The translations under genes and the position numbers were made by a program. Under the pieces are notes generated by a model, which saw only the letters and a program-made list of their open reading frames with translations, ran no database searches and was not told the DNA's origin. Source: Deltaproteobacteria bacterium (GTDB lineage: Bacteria > Myxococcota_A > Polyangia > Polyangiales > Houyiibacteriaceae). Taken from it: a stretch of DNA of 64,000 nt. How positions within the stretch are numbered: position 1 is the first letter of the stretch; every line of letters begins with the position of its first letter. The stretch lies in contig JAXMNT010000039.1 in assembly GCA_034670305.1 (NCBI GenBank), forward strand, positions 13,465-77,464, in the 5' to 3' direction. Shown here one piece after another: positions 58,366 through 64,000 of this stretch.

Positions 58366-59972
58366 GGGGCGACCTCGTCCAGGAACTCGGCGATCAGCCC
58401 GGCGACTTCCTCCGCACGCTCCTGAGGGAACATGTGGCCGGCGTCTTCCAAGGTCTCGAGGGTGGATTCACGAAGCCCCTGGTCCAAGAACTCCAGGTAC
58501 TTGGGCGGCGTCAGCATGTCGGCTCCGCCGCCGATGACCAGCGTGGGAACGCGGAGCTCGCCAAGGGTGGCGAGTCGATCGAACTGGTTCACCGCGACCC
58601 AATCGGCGAGCGTCGTCGCGGCGGGGGTGCGTGCGCTCGCGGCTTCGTTGCGCGCGACCAGTTCCGTATCGGTGGTGGCTTGCCAGATCAATTTGGCCAT
58701 GGACGCGGGTTCTCCCGATTTGGCCGCTTGTCTGAAGAGCTCCAGGATCTCCTCCCGGACCCGCAGGCGGGCACCAGTCGCCATCAATACGAGACCGAGC
58801 ACCTCGACGTTCGCGGCCGCGGCCGCGGCGAGGGCTTCCATCGCCACCGCGCCGCCCATCGAGTGGCCGACGAGCACGATCGAGTCGAGCCCTTCGGCGC
58901 GCACCGCGTCGATGATGAACCGGCCCATGGCCTCGACGTCTCCGAGCGGTGGACCGGGGGTGCCGAGTCGACCGGGGAGAGACGGACCGAACGTTTGGTT
59001 GAGGAGCGCCTGGCACAGATCCGCGAACGAGTCCTCGTTGTGGCCGGCGCCGTGGCAGAACACGAGGGGAGGCTTGTCGCCGCGGGTCCTCGAGGCCGAG
59101 AACTTCATCGTTTGGCGTGCGCGCCTTTGGACCGCGGCGTTCTCCTCGGCGAGGATCGTGACCGGCTCCCTCCGGGCTTCGGTGAGGTACTGAAACCGGA
59201 AGCCGCGGGCACGTTCGTAGGTGCCGGTGCGTGCCAGGACGATCTCGTCGAACGTGTCGACGCGTACGTCGTGAAAGCCGTACTCGTAGAGGAGCGGCAG
59301 CACGTCGTCGCTGCCCCAGAGCAGCGGCTCTGAGAGGCCATCGAGCAGCGACAGCATCTCTGCGTCGGACGCGTTGCGGCTCTTGCCTTCGACGAAACGT
59401 TTGCCCATGGAGTCGAAGAGCAGGGTGGTCTCTGGATGGCACGAAGCGATGCGCTCGAGGGTGGCGCGCACGGCCGCTTCGGGCAGGTAGTAACTGACCC
59501 CTTCCCAGACGAACACAGCCGGTCGCTTCGGGTTGAAACCGGCGTCGCACAGCTTCTCGAGGAAGTCCTCCTCCGCGAAGTCGCACGAGACGTAGCGCGC
59601 CACGTCCTTGGGGTAGCTCGCCGGCAGACGGCGCTGCTTCTCTTCGGCGGAACCCGGCATGTCGACTTCGAAGAACGTGACGCCGGGGCTCTGGAGCCGC
59701 TGCGCGCGGGTGTCGAACCCGGCGCCGAGGATCACGATTTGTTTGGCGTCGTCGGACAACCGTTCCACTGCGTCGTCGATGTGGGCCGCGCGGCACGCGA
59801 CCCACAGCTCCATGTGGGGATTGATCGCGAGCATCTGGGTCGCGAGCGCTTGGCCTTCCTCGCCCGCGAGCTCGTCGGCCCACTCGTCGACGCAAATCGG
59901 GTGCTCCGCATCGAAGCTCCGAGCGCGGAACGCGGCGACGAGTGCGGCGGTGCGGCTGCGTCGTTGGGTCAT
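58362..59972 (-). CDS. LCM-family SAM-dependent methyltransferase fused to alpha/beta hydrolase
   Basis: QIVILGAGFDTRA, FFEVD, VWEGVSYYL; then CHGAG, GHSMGG, D and AGHMF triad motifs. Confidence 0.85.
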   Translation of the reverse strand: MTQRRSRTAALVAAFRARSFDAEHPICVDEWADELAGEEGQALATQMLAINPHMELWVACRAAHIDDAVERLSDDAKQIVILGAGFDTRAQRLQSPGVTFFEVDMPGSAEEKQRRLPASYPKDVARYVSCDFAEEDFLEKLCDAGFNPKRPAVFVWEGVSYYLPEAAVRATLERIASCHPETTLLFDSMGKRFVEGKSRNASDAEMLSLLDGLSEPLLWGSDDVLPLLYEYGFHDVRVDTFDEIVLARTGTYERARGFRFQYLTEARREPVTILAEENAAVQRRARQTMKFSASRTRGDKPPLVFCHGAGHNEDSFADLCQALLNQTFGPSLPGRLGTPGPPLGDVEAMGRFIIDAVRAEGLDSIVLVGHSMGGAVAMEALAAAAAANVEVLGLVLMATGARLRVREEILELFRQAAKSGEPASMAKLIWQATTDTELVARNEAASARTPAATTLADWVAVNQFDRLATLGELRVPTLVIGGGADMLTPPKYLEFLDQGLRESTLETLEDAGHMFPQERAEEVAGLIAEFLDEVAP

Positions 59973-59999
59973 CCGTTTCGGAGTACCACGAACGGGTCG

Positions 60000-60333
60000 G
60001 CCGGGCTTTGCCCGGCCCCTTGCCCCTGCCCTTGCCCTTGCCCTTGCCCTCAAGGCACGAAGCCGAAAACCGAAACCGACCCCGACCCCGATTGGCGTCG
60101 CCAGCCCCTTGCCCCTGCCCTTGCCCTCAAGGCACGAACCCGAAACCGACCCCGAAGCCGAAGGCGAAACCGTCCCCGAAACCGAAGCCGAAGCCGACCC
60201 CGAAGCCGAAGCCGAACCCGAAGGCGAAGCCGAAGGCGAAGCCGAAGGCGAAGCCGAAGCCGACCCCGAAGGCGGCCGGGCAAGGGCAGGGGCAAGGGCA
60301 AGGGCAAGGGCTAGCCGGGCTTTGCCCGGCTAG
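60000..60333. repeat. Composite intergenic element with hairpin ends and hexamer core
   Basis: gccgggctttgcccggc at 60000-60016 and 60314-60330; (GCCCTT)n left, (GGGCAA)n right, (NCCGAN)n core. Confidence 0.9.
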
Positions 60334-61202
60334 AACGCGACTCCGATGGCCTCACACAGCAGCGCCATGTGCGGTTTGGCGGTTTTGGCGCGGGCCATCA
60401 CTTGATCGACGAGATCGGAGCCGGCGGCTTCCTTGTTCGTCAGGTCGCAGACGAGGATGTGGTCTTTGCGGCGCAGCAGTTCGATGTGCGGGTGGTCGGG
60501 GTCGTAGCCCTTGGGTGCGCGCTTGAGTGAGTCGCCGCTCTGACGCCAACCCTTTGACTGCACGGCGTCCACCACCTTGTTCCACTTCTTGCCCTTGCCT
60601 GCGATGTGGCTGCGGATCCCCTTGAGTGCGTCCGCGTCGGGGTGCCACATGCCCATGCCGAGGAAACATCCGTCGAGGCCAAGGTGCAGGTAGAGGCCGG
60701 GCGCGTGCACGTCCTTGCCGACGTCGTGTCGGAACTGGATGCCGACGTTGGTCTTGTACGGCGTCTTGTCCTTTCGGAACCGGACGTCGCGGTGCACCCG
60801 CATCAACGAGCCGCCCACTTTGGAGTCGTCCGCCACGAGCTGTTTGCTGATGGCGCGCAGCGGCTTCTCCATCGCGCGGATGAAGGCGCGGGCCGGCTCT
60901 CGGATCTCGTCCTCGTACCGGTCCTTGTTCGCCATGAACCAGTCGCGGTTGTTGTTTGCGTCGAGGGCCTTCAGGAACTTCAGTGCGTTGGGACCGAACC
61001 CGGTGAACGGCCGCTCGGTCGCGGACTTCTTGGTCGCGGATTTCTTGGTCGCGGACTTCTTGGTCGCGGACTTCTTGGTCGCGGACTTCTTGGTCGCGGA
61101 CTTCTTGGTCGCGGACTTCTTGGTCGCGGACTTCTTGGTCGCGGACCTCCTGGTCGCGGACTTCTTGGTCGCGGACTTCTTCGCAGGCTTCTTGCTGGCC
61201 AT
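60330..61202 (-). CDS. DUF2461 (TIGR02453) family protein with basic N-terminal repeats
   Basis: [51 protein letters not shown]. Confidence 0.9.
   Translation of the reverse strand: MASKKPAKKSATKKSATRRSATKKSATKKSATKKSATKKSATKKSATKKSATKKSATKKSATERPFTGFGPNALKFLKALDANNNRDWFMANKDRYEDEIREPARAFIRAMEKPLRAISKQLVADDSKVGGSLMRVHRDVRFRKDKTPYKTNVGIQFRHDVGKDVHAPGLYLHLGLDGCFLGMGMWHPDADALKGIRSHIAGKGKKWNKVVDAVQSKGWRQSGDSLKRAPKGYDPDHPHIELLRRKDHILVCDLTNKEAAGSDLVDQVMARAKTAKPHMALLCEAIGVAF
61017..61181 (-). repeat. 15-bp in-frame tandem repeat (KKSAT) x11
   Basis: Eleven units of ggtcgcggacttctt, two of them variant. Confidence 0.95.
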
Positions 61203-61292
61203 TTGGATCCCCCAGGTGGATTGGCGGGGGAGCATAGCGCACGGGTGAGACACGGGACCGGTCGACGCCTTCGGCGCGGTACCCTGCGGCCG

Positions 61293-62408
61293 ATGTACCG
61301 AGCGCCCGCACGTCCTGCCGAGAGCAGCCGAGTCCTGGTCTGCCCACCGCACAAGTTCCGCCGGTACCTTCTCGGACCCGGTCTTTGGTTCATGGCGATG
61401 TGGTTTCTGCTCTTTCCGGTGAACTGGATCGTCACCGCAGCGCTCACCTTCGAAGACGTCTGGCTCGCGCCGATCGGCCTCGCACTCATCGCGCTGATCG
61501 TCTTCGTCATCGTGCGCTGCATGCACATGGAGACGTTGCTCATCGGAAGCAGCGCGTTGCGCCGAGTCGGGATCCTCAAGACCCGCTCGATCGCCTGGGC
61601 GGAGGTGACGGGCACCGAGAAGGTCACGCGCGTGGGCACCCGCGGACGGCGCATCGAGTTGCTGAACGTGATCGGTGAGAAGGGTGCGCTCTTGATCGCG
61701 CCTCACCAAGTGGCCGACCCGCACCGCGTGCTCTACTGGGCGCTCGACCAAGCCAAGAACGGCAAAGCGAGTGCGATCGGAGAGCGGGTGCTCCAGGAAG
61801 GCGCCGAACTGCAGCGCTGGCGGTGGTACATCCCGCACGCCGCCGTCGCGCTGGTGCTCTCGTGCGCGATGACCGCGTTGTTCGTCTCCGACATCCGCAA
61901 GAAGCAGACGCGGCACGAGCTCGAGCGGATCACCCAGATGTCCGATCCCGCCGAGAAGATCCCAGCGGCGCTCGCGCTCGCGGTCGATGCCGATCAAGAG
62001 CGCTCCGCACGGTGCCGCGCCTACCACATCATGATGTACAGCCACCTCGCGCTCGGGCAACTCCCCGAAGCAGCGACCGCGTGTGAGCCGCGGGTCGCCC
62101 TCGCCTGTGGCACCGCCAGGGCGCAGTGCGAGGAGGTGCGTCGCCTTGGGGAAGCGCACGCTGCGATGGCGGCGTCGAACCCGACGGAGGCGTTGCAGTT
62201 GCTGGAAGCGGTGCCGCGCCTGCGCCCCGCGATCCGATTCGATCTCGAGGTGCGCGCGCTCCAAGCGGTGGGCCGCGACGCGGATGCGATCCTGGTCGCC
62301 GAGCAATGCATTCAAAGGTTCGGCGCCTCGCAACAGCCACAGCTGATGGCCTATGCAGCCACCTGTCGCGCCGCCCTCCCGGCTGGCTCCCCGACCGATC
62401 AACCCTGA
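61293..62408 (+). CDS. Membrane protein with PH-like and TPR-like regions
   Basis: Three TM segments; RSIAWAEV motif; helical Ala-rich C-terminus. Confidence 0.6.
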   Translation: MYRAPARPAESSRVLVCPPHKFRRYLLGPGLWFMAMWFLLFPVNWIVTAALTFEDVWLAPIGLALIALIVFVIVRCMHMETLLIGSSALRRVGILKTRSIAWAEVTGTEKVTRVGTRGRRIELLNVIGEKGALLIAPHQVADPHRVLYWALDQAKNGKASAIGERVLQEGAELQRWRWYIPHAAVALVLSCAMTALFVSDIRKKQTRHELERITQMSDPAEKIPAALALAVDADQERSARCRAYHIMMYSHLALGQLPEAATACEPRVALACGTARAQCEEVRRLGEAHAAMAASNPTEALQLLEAVPRLRPAIRFDLEVRALQAVGRDADAILVAEQCIQRFGASQQPQLMAYAATCRAALPAGSPTDQP

Positions 62409-62420
62409 CGGTTGAGAGGC

Positions 62421-62960
62421 TCAGCCGCGGATCAACGCATCCGCCGCGTCGCGTTCCATCTCGAGCACCCGCTTCGCGACGCCGTACCCGAAACCCGCCC
62501 GACCGATCGCAGCGAGCTCCTTCTGCTCGAGTTCGCGCGAGTGTTCTTTGGTGCGGTACGGGCCGAAGCGTCGCCGCTTGGCCAGCCGAAGCGCCGCGAT
62601 GAGCTCGCTCTCGTCCGCTTCTTCGTCAAGCCGCTCGTCGACCACGTCGGAGTCGATGCCCTTCTCCTGGAGCTTCGCGCGGATCTTGCGGGAGGACGCG
62701 CCACGCGCCCGCATCGACTTCATCTTGCCCTTCGCGTACCGCGCGTCGTCCAAGTACTCGAGGCGTTCGAGTTTGCTCAGCACGGCGACGATCGCCGCTT
62801 CGTCGAGTGCCCGCTCTTCTTCGTCGCGCACCCGTTCTTCTTTTCGCGCGATGCGGTCAAGGCGCCGCTCCATGAACCGCCGCACCTGTTGGGTGCTGCC
62901 GGAGCGCTGGAGCAGGTAGCGCAGGGCGGCCCGTTCCAGCCCCTCGCGTGGGTGGGCCAT
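62421..62960 (-). CDS. recX: RecX family regulator
   Basis: AALRYLLQR; YLDDARYA; RGASSRKIRAKLQEKGI; RRRFGPY; RAGFGY. Confidence 0.85.
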   Translation of the reverse strand: MAHPREGLERAALRYLLQRSGSTQQVRRFMERRLDRIARKEERVRDEEERALDEAAIVAVLSKLERLEYLDDARYAKGKMKSMRARGASSRKIRAKLQEKGIDSDVVDERLDEEADESELIAALRLAKRRRFGPYRTKEHSRELEQKELAAIGRAGFGYGVAKRVLEMERDAADALIRG

Positions 62961-62963
62961 CGC

Positions 62964-63824
62964 CTACGCGTGAACGCGGGCGGTGGACTGCGCGAGCACG
63001 GTGTTCTCCGCGTCGGCGAAGTGCCGTCGGAGGCCTTCGTTCACTTCGTCTTTGCACTGAAAGATGACGCCGTGTCCGGCTTCCGGAAGGTCGAGCAGCT
63101 TGGCGTGGGCGATGCGGCGTCGAAGCCGGTCGGACCGATGCGGAGGCACCAGCACGTCTTTGCCGCACCGCACGATGAGCGTCGGCAGCGTGAGCTGTCC
63201 GAGCCGGCCGCCCGCGTCGTGACGCAGCACGGCGCTGAGCTGGCCGTTCGCGGTGGCGCGTTTGGCGGGGCGACCGACCTGGGCGTGCATGCGCTCGCTC
63301 AGCTCGGCTTGGTCGACCGAGTCCAGGAACGACTTCGGGTAGAGCAGGTGCCTCAGCGCCGCGACGCGTTTCTCACCGCTGTTGAGGTTGGCGGTCAGAA
63401 AGTGACGCAGCCCGCGCAGACTCGGCAGTTTGTCCTTGAGCCGTCCGCCTTCCATCGTGGCGATGAGCGTCAGGCTGCGGAAGCGCGACTCGGCCATGAG
63501 CGCGGTCTCTTGGGCGACCATGCCGCCGAGCGAGACGCCGACCAGATGCGCGTCGCGCCATCCGAGCGCGTCCATCACGCTCAGCGTGTCGCGCGCCATG
63601 TCGGCCATCGTCCACGTCTTGGCGGAACCGAGTTCGCTCTCGCCGATGCCCCGGTTGTCGAACCAGGCGACCTGGTGGGTGTCGCGGAGCCCTTCGATCT
63701 GGAACTTCCACACGTCGCCGCGCATGCCGAGGCCCATGATGAAAATCACCTTCGGGCCCTGCGAGCCCGCGGTCCAGTATCGAAGGCGAGGCGAGGAGGG
63801 CGTCAGGCCGGTGTGATCGTGCAT
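62964..63824 (-). CDS. Alpha/beta fold hydrolase
   Basis: FIMGLG; FDNRGIGES; GVSLGG; DVLVPP; AGHG. Confidence 0.9.
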   Translation of the reverse strand: MHDHTGLTPSSPRLRYWTAGSQGPKVIFIMGLGMRGDVWKFQIEGLRDTHQVAWFDNRGIGESELGSAKTWTMADMARDTLSVMDALGWRDAHLVGVSLGGMVAQETALMAESRFRSLTLIATMEGGRLKDKLPSLRGLRHFLTANLNSGEKRVAALRHLLYPKSFLDSVDQAELSERMHAQVGRPAKRATANGQLSAVLRHDAGGRLGQLTLPTLIVRCGKDVLVPPHRSDRLRRRIAHAKLLDLPEAGHGVIFQCKDEVNEGLRRHFADAENTVLAQSTARVHA

Positions 63825-63876
63825 CCCTCTTAGAGTTCGATCTCGAGCCGGCCTGCGCAAGTGCTTCGGTGGATTC

Positions 63877-64000
63877 TAGCAGGTTGCTGAAGAACGCCCG
63901 CAGGGCGTTCTCGCAGCCTGCCCCTTGCCCCTGCCCTTGCCTTTGCCCTTGCCCGCGGATCAGCGGTCAGATCGCTTGATCAGCGCGACGAGCATCGCGA
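63877..64000. repeat. Dispersed REP/MITE-like element, copy 2 (inverted, runs to the window edge)
   Basis: Reverse complement matches 44590-44702. Confidence 0.9.

Overview
High-GC window whose gene content (MYXO-CTERM-type surface protein, Cys-rich 'CGDD' lipoproteins) points to a myxobacterium of the Polyangiales/Sandaracinaceae type; the taxon is inferred. The left ~33 kb (4.6-37.5 kb) is an integrase-free anti-phage defence island abutting the 3' end of tRNA-Phe(GAA). It holds (i) a coupled three-gene module (unknown 'RDPLG' protein, double-HKD PLD nuclease, SF2 helicase with an unusual C-terminal tail), Azaca-like by inference and bracketed by a degenerate 39-bp direct repeat; (ii) a complete class 1 DISARM set (drmD, drmMI, drmA, drmB, drmC) split in two; (iii) a RADAR-like ATPase plus deaminase pair translationally coupled to drmMI and followed by a ~260-nt strongly base-paired intergenic element; (iv) a RelE-like/UvrD fusion coupled to drmA; (v) an orphan PLD nuclease. 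The right 26 kb is ordinary chromosome (lipid enzymes, lipoproteins, two pectate-lyase-like genes, a 1872-aa thrombospondin-like protein, GST, recX) punctuated by hexamer arrays and hairpin repeats. No CRISPR array, rRNA, integrase or transposase was seen. All family calls rest on motif recognition by eye, not database searches.
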